A stretch of 62,951 nucleotides of DNA, counting the filler, from Reticulomyxa filosa (Eukaryota > Protista > Foraminifera): NCBI GenBank assembly GCA_000512085.1. It is 21 parts of 21 records of this genome, joined end to end, with 100 filler letters (N's around TTAATTAATTAA, not from the genome) between each part and the next. Parts side by side here need not be neighbours in the genome. Positions count along the whole stretch, not along the records: positions 26,027 to 28,669 come from ASPP01011691.1; positions 28,770 to 30,673 come from ASPP01025824.1; positions 30,774 to 32,562 come from ASPP01026789.1; positions 32,663 to 33,713 come from ASPP01014499.1; positions 33,814 to 39,116 come from ASPP01000752.1; positions 39,217 to 47,332 come from ASPP01002948.1; 15 more parts are not named here. One strand, written 5' to 3'. Shown here piece after piece: positions 26,780-39,259 of this stretch (positions are counted from its first letter, which is position 1; each line of letters opens with the position of its first letter). The translations under genes and the position numbers were made by a program. Below the pieces are notes generated by a model. That model was not told the DNA's origin. It saw nothing but the letters and a program-made list of their open reading frames with translations, and ran no database searches.

Positions 26780-27620
26780 TCCAGTTTCTCTTGACGACAA
26801 AGACTGAATTTGATTTGTTTGATCTGTGGAAATGTGGCGAATAATCTAGTCGAAATTGCTTGCCCTCGACATGTGGACAAAGAAAGGTCGTTGATCGTTG
26901 GAAGGGTATTGTTTGCAAAAATATTTTAACAAGAGTGAGAACGCTTGTTCCATACAACCTCATGCTAACTGTCACTACTCCAAAAATCAACCATTGGAAT
27001 GTCTAATTAATGAATTGGAGGTGGTCTGTCCACAAAATTTTCAACAAGAAGAGCAAACCTCCAAGCTGGTTATATATGATTTCAAAGGAAGCATAAGGGA
27101 CGTGAATGATCACTTGAGCAAGTTGTTGGTTCAAAGAATTTGGGATACAATCAGTTGAGCCCTCATTTTACATTGCAAGACTATTTGATTGATAAGATGA
27201 AGTATAATTACGAAATGTCAATTGGTCGACATTTGTGTTCTGTGCCGGCAGATTTAACCATTCAATTGTGGGATATTGAAACATTCAGCACCTTGCAAAC
27301 TTTCAAAGAACATTCTGGAGTGATTCGATGTGTCGACTTTTCATTTCGAAGAGAAAATCGTGATAATAGCGTTGTGGCAGTAATGAATATAATATTTCCA
27401 AAAAAGAAATTTATACACTTAGTGGACATGAAGGTGTGCTGTTAATTGTGCTGACTACTTATCTTATGAAAGTAGTATGGCTGGAGTTGGTGCTAGAAAC
27501 ATAATATGCTGTTCGTTTGTGGGGCCTATGCAAGTTTCAACAGCTTTATGAAGCTAAAGAAATGGAAGAAGATAATGGAATTACGTGTGTCCAATTTTTG
27601 CCGTCAGAAAAACAACAGAT
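26780..27620 (+). pseudogene. Decayed RING/TRAF-type zinc finger plus WD40 gene
   Basis: GYCLQKYFNKSENACSIQPHANCHYSKN...INELEVVCP...DFKGSIRDVNDHL, then DLTIQLWDIETFSTLQTFKEHSGVIRCVDFS; several stops and frameshifts. Confidence 0.65.
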
Positions 27621-30600
27621 GGTATTTTGTGTGACCTCTTTTTGTCTTTTGCAAAAAACAAAACAAACAAAAAAAAAAAAAGACGTATTTTTGCATTTTT
27701 TAAACAATGCTTTTTTAGACAATCAAAGTTGGTAACAAAAAGTGATCGTTTTAAGTGACCTTGTTTTTTTTTGAACCCCTAATGAATTTTTTTTATGGTC
27801 CCGTTCCCCTTCCCCCCTTCCAATTTAATATGAAAATATTATGTGCTTGTTGTGTACATGTATAATGCATATATACATATATAATGCATATATATATATA
27901 TATATTATAATGTGTATGGATATATCATTGCGCGAATAACGAAAGTGTGTTGAAAAGAGGCAAGACGCTCTTCTTTGTCTCGTTCGCACAGCCGAAGCAC
28001 CAAAAGTAAAAGTAAAAGCAAGAGCGACAGAACATCGACACAAACATAATGGCCGACGCAAAGGCAAGAGTAAAAGTCGATCACGCTCGTATTACTGCAG
28101 AAGATACGGCCGAAGACGACTGTGCAGTCCTTCTCCCAACTCCAAACTACCGGCTCATTTATCCATTCAAACAGACAAAGATAAGGACAAGAACAAGGAC
28201 AGGAAATGAGAGCGAAAAATCCAAATGAACTGAGACGGGGCGCACAAAGGAAGGACGGATCACAAAGACGGTCCTGCTTCAAAACATGATGGAAATATCT
28301 CGTCAAATCAACCACGGGCTTCAAAGAAGAAAAATTAAAGAAGAAGCAACCTCATTTTTTATTTTTTGATTGGGTGAACATATCACATACACCAGGGCAG
28401 CACTGGAAAAGATTCAAAACAAACATCCAATCGCTTGTGCAAGGCCAAGATTTGAGACACTATGATGCAAACAACGGAATTTTACATCTTCCAAAGTTTC
28501 AAAAAATATTTTAATTGCATTAAATGCTCGTAATCCTAACTTTGGTATGTATTCCGTTATATTTTGCTATCGGGATTATCGATAAACATATTTGTGCGTG
28601 TATATATTGAACAGGTGTTGCGCCTTTATTTAAAGAATACAACGGTATTCATTTCAAACTGACATGGTTNNNNNNNNNNNNNNNNNNNNNNNNNNNNNNN
28701 NNNNNNNNNNNNNTTAATTAATTAANNNNNNNNNNNNNNNNNNNNNNNNNNNNNNNNNNNNNNNNNNNNGCCCTTTTACACAGTAAAAGTAATGATTACC
28801 ATATCAACAATTTATGACCACTCTTGTTTAGTCACATTAATCATACGAATATGTTTTGGTATGAACTTACGAACAGGTCATTCAATATTTACGTCTTCCT
28901 CCAACATTTGTTTGCCAATCCAACAACAGTCACTGCAATATGGACCAAATTTATTTACTGCTTTGTGTACAATTTATTCGTACATAAATTTTTTTATAAT
29001 TGAATTGATTATATGATTTCAAATGGCTTAATATGTGGCAAGTTGTATATCTTTGTTATTTACTTTATCATGTGTATAAGTATATATCCCAATGTTAACA
29101 ATAATAACAATATAAAATTAATATATGTGGATACATAGATGATATCAGCGTCGGAAGCACTATTGTCGTGTAGATGGACACCGCATTGATGATGTACATG
29201 GCCATTAATCAACGTAATTATAAGGTATGTCCATATCTATATCATGTACTGTTTTCTCATATAACTTTGAACTATTCTATCTTTTTTTTTATGCATTGCA
29301 AACATTGTATAGACTATTATATGTACAAATTCTTAATATTTATCAGCGTGTACTTTGAACTTTTTTTTTTTAGTAAAAAAAAGTTCAAAGATGCAGTATC
29401 AAATCTGGCCTGCTTGCCATTCGAAGAATAATATTGAAAGAAAACGTCCAAGAATCAAGATTTTACATTATTTAATTAGTGATATCAGGAACCGAAAAAA
29501 TCCTGAAAATATATGGATTATTATTTTATAAAGAGTTTAGTTAATCAAAAATCAAAACAATGTACTAAAGCTAAGACAAAAAGACAATGACAATGAAAGA
29601 GCAAGTGGATTGTTTAAAATCACATTTGTTGCTCTTGTGGCTAACACAAAGACAAATACAGTCGCAATCACAATTAAAACAATATAGGCTGCACAAGCAA
29701 TATTATTCGGAGAGATTTGTGGCCGCTTGGATTAAAGCTTGCAAGCCAAGTTCCACTCAAAGATATCAAACATAAAAAAAAGAAAGTTGAATTGTGGACA
29801 GCGAAGATATTGTGAAAAAATTGGAGACGAATGATGGCGAATGAAATGCGCAATTGAACTGGTACTCGGAGAATAATAATATAGTGATTGAAATGATAAG
29901 GAGTTGGAGATGCAAGCGCCAAAGAACAGTCGATAGAAAAAGAAGAAAAAAAAAGAAAAAGAAAAGAAAGAAAGTGATTGGAGAAATAAAAAATAGATTG
30001 AGTGGAGGAATTTATTTTTGGATTGCAGAAAGAGCAATTTGTCGAGATAGAATTTAACTCTTCGTGGTTAGGCTCCATTTTTTGTCCCCTCCATGTATCA
30101 AGAAAGTCAAGTGTTAAGGGACCTACTAAAGAAGTGATTGAACTATCGACAATATGTCGATAATGGCCCCCAAAGTTTTTTATTGATGGTGTCTCCACAG
30201 GACCGACATAGTCGCCTATGTTGGCAACTACGTCGAATCTCCTACAATTTTTAAGTGGTGTCTCCACTTTTGGGGCTGTTCAAATCTCTTCCACTTCAAT
30301 CACTTTCCCCATGACCTTTCTACCTCTTTCTATTTATATTTTGATACACTTCCCAGGGTAGTAAAAAAGCTTTAACAGCAGCAACAACAACAAAGGTTAT
30401 CTGTGTGATAACCTCCACACACTTCTTTATCTTATTTTTTGTTGTCTGTGCTGTGTTGGGGTGTGTACTATGTGTGTTTCTGCATTCCTGCCTCAATTTT
30501 CCAACTCTCCTTTCACTTTCCCCTTTATCTTTCTCCCCCTTCTTTTTCTTTCCTATCCCTAATTCCTTTCTCCCCCCCCCATAGACGCACCATCATTCAA

Positions 30601-30773
30601 TTATTCAGTGCATTGACATTGGGCATTGAGCATTGGTCGTTGGCATCGGCGTTGCATTGGTATCGGTATATATNNNNNNNNNNNNNNNNNNNNNNNNNNN
30701 NNNNNNNNNNNNNNNNNTTAATTAATTAANNNNNNNNNNNNNNNNNNNNNNNNNNNNNNNNNNNNNNNNNNNN

Positions 30774-30810
<37 letters not shown>

Positions 30811-30839
30811 GCAATCACAAAAGTGCAACTTATTCAGGT

Positions 30840-32510
30840 GACGCAAATTCGGACATTAATTTTTTGCAATGCGATGACAGCGATGTGTTGCTATTACAAC
30901 GGGTCATTTGCAACAACGAAACCGGAGAATCTTTGTGGGTATTGCGAAATGGAAAAGATGAACATTTTTATCTGGCAATGACGAAAGACTACTTACCCCC
31001 TCAACAAGGCTGGGATTTAGTACCCAATTCCGTCGCCAAGTTCCCTGCTCCCGGCTTGCAGTTTTATTCCTCTGACACCAAGTTTGTCACCAAAATGCTA
31101 CCCGATGACACGCTCGAACGCATCAAACCTGCGCTCGCTCACGCGTGCGATCATTTGTCCCCTTCTTCCCATCGCACACCCACGCACGACGCCTTGAACG
31201 TCCACAATCGCGGTCGGACCAATCAACATCGCCAACAACAGACGATGACCAAATGGAGTCAATCTCAAGTCCATGCCACTGCCGCCATGAATCGCTTCCC
31301 TCGTGCAAGTGCACTGGCCTCGACCACACTGTCCAAGCAGGTCGCCCCAGAGCATCCCGAGTCCACCCAAGACGTTTCCAAAAGTGCCAATGCTAATGCT
31401 AATACCAATACCAATGCCAATGCTAATGCCAATGCTAATGCCAATGCTAATGCCAATGTTGTCAATACCAATGACAATGAAGATGAACTCATTCGTCGTA
31501 CCAAAAAAAGCGATAGAAACGCTGAAACCTGACGACGAAGAAACCAAAGAGAAAGGAGAGATCCAACCCAAAGACGGCAAGAAAGACCAACCGCAAGGCG
31601 ATGACGAATTAGCCGTCGCACACAAAAAAAATTCGACACTTGAGTGATCTACTATTCCAAGCCAATGAGGGATATTATCTCCTGTGGCTGGACAAATGTT
31701 ACGTCGGAATTCTTCTTTGTCTTTTCAACACACTGTGATAAAAGGAGGAGGAGGGGGGGGGGGTGGTCTATTTACAGATGTGCGCATATATGTATATATT
31801 TATATGTACATATATTTATATACACTATACATATGTGTGTGTGCGTATGCATGCAAACACATTAATTATTGGTATAAAGGCAAGATTGCGTTGGAATTGT
31901 TGTCAAAGAACGCACAGCTCGAAAAGATGAGCGGACAATACAAACATGCGATACGACGGTGCTATGGACAAATAAGCCAAAACAGTCGACTTGTGACGGA
32001 AATGAAATTGCTGAAACAATCGGTTCAAGTGTTGAAAACACAACTGGAAGTGGCAAAACGCAAAGAGACAAGCGCTCAATTCGCGCCCTTGTCCAATTGG
32101 ACGAGTCGTTCCAAACACTTTGTCACACTCACCGTGCCTTCTCTTCCCAATTCTCGAGCGAATTGCTTGCACTTGTCGTCGTCCAGCACTCTGCAGGCCA
32201 AAGACCTAATGGCAGCCATCCACGAGGAAGACAGCGAATATGAGCATGAAAAGAGAAACGATAAAGAAAGTGAGAGTGATGACGAAATTGATAGCTTATT
32301 GCAAATTGAAAAACAATTTAAAACCATGGTAAAACAAGAGTCCATGTTACAATTGGACGAAGAAAAACAGAACGATTTATGGATGGAAGAAGTTCAAAAT
32401 GAACTCAACGATTTGCGCTCGCAAGTGGAGGCCAAGGATGCTCAAATTCAAAAATTGAAGCTTGAATTGGACTCATGGACAAATTCACATGACTCCGTGT
32501 GGACAGTTTG
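30840..32510 (+). CDS. Hypothetical protein fragment with an (Asn-Ala)n tract and a C-terminal coiled coil
   Basis: Long ORFs 30864-31532 and 31880-32510, with an AT-repeat intron between them. Confidence 0.5.
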
Positions 32511-32662
32511 TATTTATACGTAATGTATGTGTATCAATGATATCCCTTCCCCCCCCCCCCCCNNNNNNNNNNNNNNNNNNNNNNNNNNNNNNNNNNNNNN
32601 NNNNNNTTAATTAATTAANNNNNNNNNNNNNNNNNNNNNNNNNNNNNNNNNNNNNNNNNNNN

Positions 32663-33141
32663 GTTCGACCATTCCGCGCCAGTACTCGGCTTTCGTTCGA
32701 TCGACCGTCCATCGCCAAGGCGGCTCAGGCCAGTCGACCTCCGCCCGCCGGTAGAGCCGCTCGAAGCCGAATTCCGCCTCGAGCGCATCGACGACGTCGC
32801 GACTCCTGATGAACTGGACGATCGTCTGCGAGTCCCATATCTGGCTGGCCGTCAGCCCGCTGGCGACCAGAGACGCGGACGGACTCCCGCTGTTGGCGCC
32901 GCCTGCCACAACAGGCTCCGCGGCGCGCCGCAGGTTGAATCGGAATTCGGCGACGTACTGGTCGGCCGCGAACCCGTAGAGATAGACGCCGGCAGCGACC
33001 GTCGGGGCCAGCACCAGCAACAGGAAGGCCAGGGAGGTGGCCCTTGATGCCCCGCTTGCGCCGGACAGCAGGCAGCGGGCGATCGAGGAGATCCTTCTCC
33101 TCCACCGTCTCCTTGCGCAGCTGGATGACCCTCTGGCTCAT
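32663..33141 (-). CDS. kpsE: Bacterial capsular polysaccharide export inner-membrane protein KpsE/RkpR-like, partial, one frameshift near 33040
   Basis: FLLLVLAPTVAAGVYLYGFAADQYVAEFRFNLR...DSQTIVQFIRSRDVVDAL; ATG 7 nt downstream of the kpsT stop; GC-rich, intronless. Confidence 0.8.
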
Positions 33142-33148
33142 GTGACAC

Positions 33149-33713
33149 TCATCCGTCCGACTCGGGGCCTCCGTCGAGACCCAGGAGCTTTCGATAGTCC
33201 GCAATCGCCCCTTCGATCGTATCATACATCACGAGCTTGCCATCGTTGAGGACGGCACCCTTCTCGCAATACGACCGGATCGTCGCGAAGCTGTGAGAAA
33301 CCATGATCACGCTAGCATGGCGGATCCGCTGCTGGAATGCCTCGTGGCAGCGCGACTGGAAGCGCGCGTCGCCCACCGCCGTGATCTCGTCCACGAGGTA
33401 GACGTCGAAGTCGATGGCGAGGCTGAGCCCGAAGGACAGGCGCGCCATCATGCCGGAGGAATAGGTCCGGGTCGGCATGTCGAAGTAGCTTCCCAGCTCG
33501 GCAAACTCCTGGACGAACTCGATGGCCGCCCGCCGGTCGACGCCGTAGACACGGGCGAGGAAGATGACGTTGTCGCGGCCCGTGGCGTTGGGATGGATCG
33601 CGCCACCGAAGCCCAGCGGGAACGATACCCGGCTGGTCCGCCGAATGGTGCCGCGATCGGGCAACTCCGTCCCCGACAGCAGCCGCATCAGGGTCGACTT
33701 GCCTGCGCCGTTG
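33149..33713 (-). CDS. kpsT: Bacterial capsular polysaccharide ABC exporter ATP-binding protein KpsT/RkpS-like, 5'-partial
   Basis: Walker A NGAGKSTL, signature YSSGMMARL, Walker B YLVDE followed by AVGDARF, H-loop VSHS. Confidence 0.93.
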
Positions 33714-33819
33714 NNNNNNNNNNNNNNNNNNNNNNNNNNNNNNNNNNNNNNNNNNNNTTAATTAATTAANNNNNNNNNNNNNNNNNNNNNNNNNNNNNNN
33801 NNNNNNNNNNNNNTGTTCA

Positions 33820-34042
33820 ATTTATATGAACTACTTCGAAATTTTTAAAAATCATTTCAAAAAATCATATTTTTGATCAACTTAGAAAAAACTTATTATA
33901 AAACCAATTTCATATTTAAAAACTACAAGATTAGCATATATGTTTAAAAAAATTAGGTTTAAATCTTTATTTTTCATGGAGAAAATCGATTCTATTCACA
34001 TAGTGCTATTTAGGTATTGCAGTTTTTTGTAATTTATTGTAG
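33820..34042 (-). mobile_element. Diverged copy of the Tc1-like TIR/sub-terminal repeat
   Basis: Aligns by eye with 40915-41045 (ATATTTAAAAACTACA...TTTTTCATG...TTTAGGT) and, in reverse complement, with 55093-55180. Confidence 0.55.
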
Positions 34043-35118
34043 TTGTAAATATTAAATAAACGTTTGTGTTTGCATATCATAAAAAACATAACATTTGTAA
34101 AAAAATAAGATTATAATGTCAGCACGTTAAGAAAAATAGTGCAATTTGTCAAATATTTTAACATAAATTGTTATTTTATAATTCAAAGTTGCAATCGCTC
34201 AATAATTACATATTCGTTTTTGTTCGAACTAATTGACATCCTTTTTATTCATGTACAACAAATATATTGTGATTTTAATTCTTTTGTATCTTCAATAACA
34301 AATTTATGTTAAAAAGTGATACTTACATAAATACTCATTTAAATTTTTTCTGCAGCACTTATGGACGCAAAAATATAAAATACACGATCCTGAAATGCGA
34401 AAAATTTTATAATACATTTCACTGTGAAGACACAACAAACAAGAAATTATGAGCCAAGCAATCATTTTATTTTCTACTAGTATCATATTTCAGTTATCGA
34501 TTTACAAAAATTACGTGCACAAAAAGCACTTAACTTAAAAGGCATGAATGTCAGTCAAAGAATTTTTTTCTTCTCTTACGAATATTCGTAACAAGTTTTA
34601 GTTTGTACAAAAAAGTATCGAACTACTTTTGAGCAATTTCAAGTTTTGGATATGGTCTTATCACATGCATATTAAAAATGTCAACCAAACATCCTACTAA
34701 AGTAAGATCTGTTGATTACATTCGGGATATGTTCATCCACCTTGCATTTCCTACGTGGAACCAACAGTGTCTAATAAGGATCAGATATACATTATATAAC
34801 TTTACCAGAGAATGTTTTGAGATAGATAAACATAGCTATTGTTTTGATTTGTATACCTTATACAAAATTTCGTGCGATAGACTTTTGTTTTTGACTTTCG
34901 AAAAATGTAAATTGAAAAAAAAGTACTATTTTCAAATCGATTACTCACTCCCAGCTAGGCTAAAGACCCAAGTAGGTGTACAAAACGGCATACACATCAT
35001 CTTGTTTTAGATCCAAAACGGTAATAATTCAAGATACATCAAATCTGCAAGGGTGCTCAACTCATTGCAGAATTTTTAAAAAAATAAGACAAGATACAAT
35101 AAACCAAAAAAAAAAAGA

Positions 35119-38100
35119 TTATCTCACTTGTAAAGTTAGTCGAACATTCATTGCTGCAAGCTCGTTGCTTAAATAGGAGAAAACATGAGGTAAATGAATT
35201 TTAGTCAAGTATTTATCTGTGCTACAATTATGACATACAATCTTACGATATGCAGGATTTTTGTCGTACCATATTCCCAAATGAGTCCACAGTGTTTGCA
35301 CATATATCTTAGCTCTCCATCACTGCAAGTGAACAGACGGTCATTTACTAGGAACGCACATCCATGAGAAATGAGTGAATCTCTTTCCATTTCACCCAAG
35401 CGAATACCTCCTTTTCGTTTTCTTCCTTTCAATGGCTGTTTTGTTAAAGCATTTATAGGTCCCAACGCGCGCACTTGGTATTTGTCACTGACCATGTGTC
35501 GCAATCTTTGATAATACACAACTCCAATATATATTTCTGCTTCCATCAATGTTCCAGTGAGTCCAGTGTACATTTGCTCGCTCCCGTAATAATTGTACCC
35601 ATTTTTGCGCAAGATTTTACCAAAAAAGTCGACTCCATAGTCATTTCTAGCCTCATCAAATTTGAACGGTGTCCCATCAAAAAATTGTCCTACGATACCT
35701 CCACATTTTCCAGCCATCGATTCCAATAACATCCCTAGCAACAACAAAACAAAACAAAACAACATTTTCAGAGTCTCAATTAAAAAAAAGACAGTATAGT
35801 ATAGCATGAAGACTTTCCTATGGTCATTCGACTTGGGAAAGCATGAGGATTAATAATTAAATCTGGCACAATTCCACTTCTGTCAGTAAATGGCATATCT
35901 TGTTGTGCCCATAATTGTGCCAATGTTCCTTTTTGTCCGGCTCGGCTGGCGAATTTGTCTCCAATGACCGGAGGCCTACGATACCGCAATTTGAAACTGA
36001 TCAGACTAGGCTGTGATAGATCATGTGGATTAAATTCAATCACTTTGATACTTTCCACAATGCAAGGCTCTTCTTTTTTGTAATTCACCAGGACGTACTT
36101 TTTCGTCAACGTGTTGAACAGTGAATACAATATCATGTCTCTGCTCATACACGTGCCAACCAACGGCAGCCCGTCAGTTCCAATATGTTTGCATTTTTCC
36201 ACGTCCTTTTCATCTGTTGATTTTTCAAGTTTCACATAAATCTCACTTTCCGAGCTGTACACCGACAGGTCCACTATCATTGTCACGTATACACATCCAT
36301 GATTGAAGCCACGCTCCATTGATTCTTTGCAAATGATCATTGCATCTTCCATATCGTATCTGTTTTTTTTTTTTTTTAAATCAGATTAAAGACAAAACGA
36401 AAACAAAAAAAACATATTAATAAATGTACATATATATAATATATATTTCTATATGTATATATATATTTTACCCAGTGTAAGAGATGACAGCAACAATGGC
36501 ATTAAAACCGCCAACGAAATCATCCAGTTTGTACTTTTCATAATTGTCATTCATGACCAACGGCGACTGCGAGTTCAAGAGTTGATATGCTTTATTGTCG
36601 CTTCGATACGTGGTATTGTAGCTGCTCAAACCCATCGACTGCTTTAACATTTGGCATTGGTACATGTTTCTCGGACTTTGATTGTTGTCGCTGAATGGAG
36701 TAATGCTCGCCAACAAGCTCAGCATACTTTGTCGAGTGAGCTCTTCGTGATGAAATCCTTGCGTGCGTTTTATTTTGTTTAGGGCATTTTGTTGCTTTTG
36801 AAATCGTCGTTGTTGTCGTTTCTCTTCTTCCTCGTCATCATTTTCTTCTTCTTCTTCTTTTTTTCTCTCTTGCCCTTTTTGTTTTTCTTTCTTCGTTTGC
36901 TTTCTTTTTTTCCTTCTTCTCATCTTCATCATCATCATCACTATCATCATCATTATCATCACTATCAGCATCAGCATCTTTATCTTTTCCTTCTTCTTTG
37001 ACTTGTTTCGATCTTATCTGTTCATGCATGTCTTGTCCATGTTTTCGCGGCTCTTTTTGATTTGTATCGGGAAGCATTTTCTGGGACGGAAATGTTCATC
37101 ATGATTTGTTCCAAAGGTGAAATCCATTCGATGCGATTGAACGGCAAGTTTTTGACAGGCCGCGTGAGTCGAGCGTTAGTGGTGGTGATATCAATTTCCA
37201 CAAACAATTTCTTGTCTTCGTCTAAAGAGACGTATATTTCCGTGAAAGGGGGCAACCCATCCGTCTTTACATTATCAACATTAGCATTGGCATTGGCATT
37301 GGCATTGGCATTGGCATTGGTATCGATATCGACGTCCATTGTATTTGCATTGACACCAGTACCTTGAGATAGAGCTTTGCCTCGATTGCCAGAGAGCCCA
37401 CATACTTTCCATTGTCTCAAAACTTGCGTGAATTGTTTTGCCATTGCCTTAATCACATAGCCAGCCAAGATGCCATTGACAAACACTGGGACGTAGCCAA
37501 CCGACGTGCCCTTCTTTTCGAATATGTTCAACTTGTCCATTGTTATCAGTCCGACGCTGCACAGCAGCGGCAACAACTGCGCATTTTGCACCGCATTGTC
37601 CGCTTGAAACACCACCTTACAAGGCTCGGCCATGTGATTCAGCAGTCCACAAGGCACGCCATCCGGAGTGTGCGCCGGACAGAGGAAGCCCCACGATTCC
37701 GGACGTAACTTGCGCACCTCCGTCGATCGCATTCCAGCCCAAAATGCACCTTTTTATTATAATGTATGCATATGTGCATATATGTATTGTATCCATTGTG
37801 TACACGCTTTTATAAGTGCTGAACTTTTTTTTTTTTTTTTTGAAGTTTGCATCCCCCTCCTCTTCTTTTTTTTTTTTTTGGTCCCATCTATTGAGACTTG
37901 ATACTATATAAAAATCTAAGTACACACCTCTGTGCACAGCTCGAAAGTGTGAGATAAATCGAAAGTAGTTGATTCGATCGGCAGTGACACTCCATCCAGT
38001 TTTTTGTTTCCAGTTTCGATCTGGAAAAGGCATATTCCCCGTGGTAATAAAATAGCAGAGCCTAGAGCCGATCAGGTTGTTTCCGCCCAGTTTGTTGGGG

Positions 38101-39085
38101 ATGCACAAGTCTTTGAAAGATTCGGGATCGGTCCACTTGATGTTCGAGACCAGCTGGCTAGCGCTGTTCGAAGTCAAAATCGACGAAGTCTGACTCGTGT
38201 CCTGCTTCTTCATAATGGCCGTTTTCACCGTTTTCATGTAGTTGAGCAATCCCGAGCGGAGTTGGCAGACAATAATCTGGCCCGGACTAATCACCTCCTG
38301 ATTGTCACACGTCTCTAAGCTGTCATTCAGCAGCTCACCCGTTGCAAACGCGTATAATTTGCGAATTGCAAGACAAACCAAATCAAATTTCTATTCCAAT
38401 AAATAAATAAAAAAGAGGTAATATAACATCCAAAAGGACACTACACTATACATACATATATATATATACATATATGTATATGCATATGTATAATATAATG
38501 GAAGAGAAGTGAATTGTTGTTTGTATCGAAACACAATAGAAGACCAAAACGCGACTTGTGCATTGCTTTTGCAATGGACTAGGATGTATTCGTTGAGAAT
38601 ATCCTGCCCATAATGCTCACTTCCTTTTGTGGCGCTTAAATGCGGGACAAAGGCTTTGAACTTGTCCCCGATAAACGCCAAGCACTCCTTTTGACTTCGA
38701 CACTCCAACTGCTTGCTTTGGCGCAACATCAACTCGACACGTTGGCTGATATGCGAGTAGTGGATGCTCCATCGCCCCCGGACCCGTCCATGTCCGACTT
38801 GTGATCAGTCGAAAACAAAACGCTATTGTAGATCTCTCGGTCCGTCGTATTCTTGAGCGCCCTCAACAACAGAATTATTGGAATCAAAAACATGCCATTC
38901 CCAATCACCAACTCGATCGTCACCGTCCCATCTTCCAAGTAGTGGAAGATGTTCGTCGCCGTGTATTCGTCGTCACGCACACACCGAATTAGCAACCCAT
39001 ACTCCGTGTACTTTTCATGTCTTTTTCGGAACGTCGATCTTTTTATGCAAAGCATATCCGCCACTGGTCGCAGTTGTGTACACAA
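35119..39085 (-). CDS. RPA2: RNA polymerase I second-largest subunit, 5'-partial, multi-exon, about 4 frameshifts as assembled
   Basis: FISHFRAVHRG, VRKLRPESWGFLCPAHTPDGVPCGLLNH, NQSPRNMYQCQM, SYTG|YDMED, GDKFASRAGQKG, NPHAFPSRMTIG, YYQRLRHMVSDKYQVR, GEMERD, C-terminal Zn site and ELAAMNV. Confidence 0.95.
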
Positions 39086-39216
39086 ACATACATTACAATT
39101 TTTTTTTTTTTTTTTTNNNNNNNNNNNNNNNNNNNNNNNNNNNNNNNNNNNNNNNNNNNNTTAATTAATTAANNNNNNNNNNNNNNNNNNNNNNNNNNNN
39201 NNNNNNNNNNNNNNNN

Positions 39217-39247
<31 letters not shown>

Positions 39248-39259
39248 ATGAAATCTAGG

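Noticed and set aside
33037-33769. Plus-strand ORFs in the bacterial contig and other antisense ORFs in the track
   Set aside because: Shadow ORFs opposite well-supported genes or across low-complexity repeats
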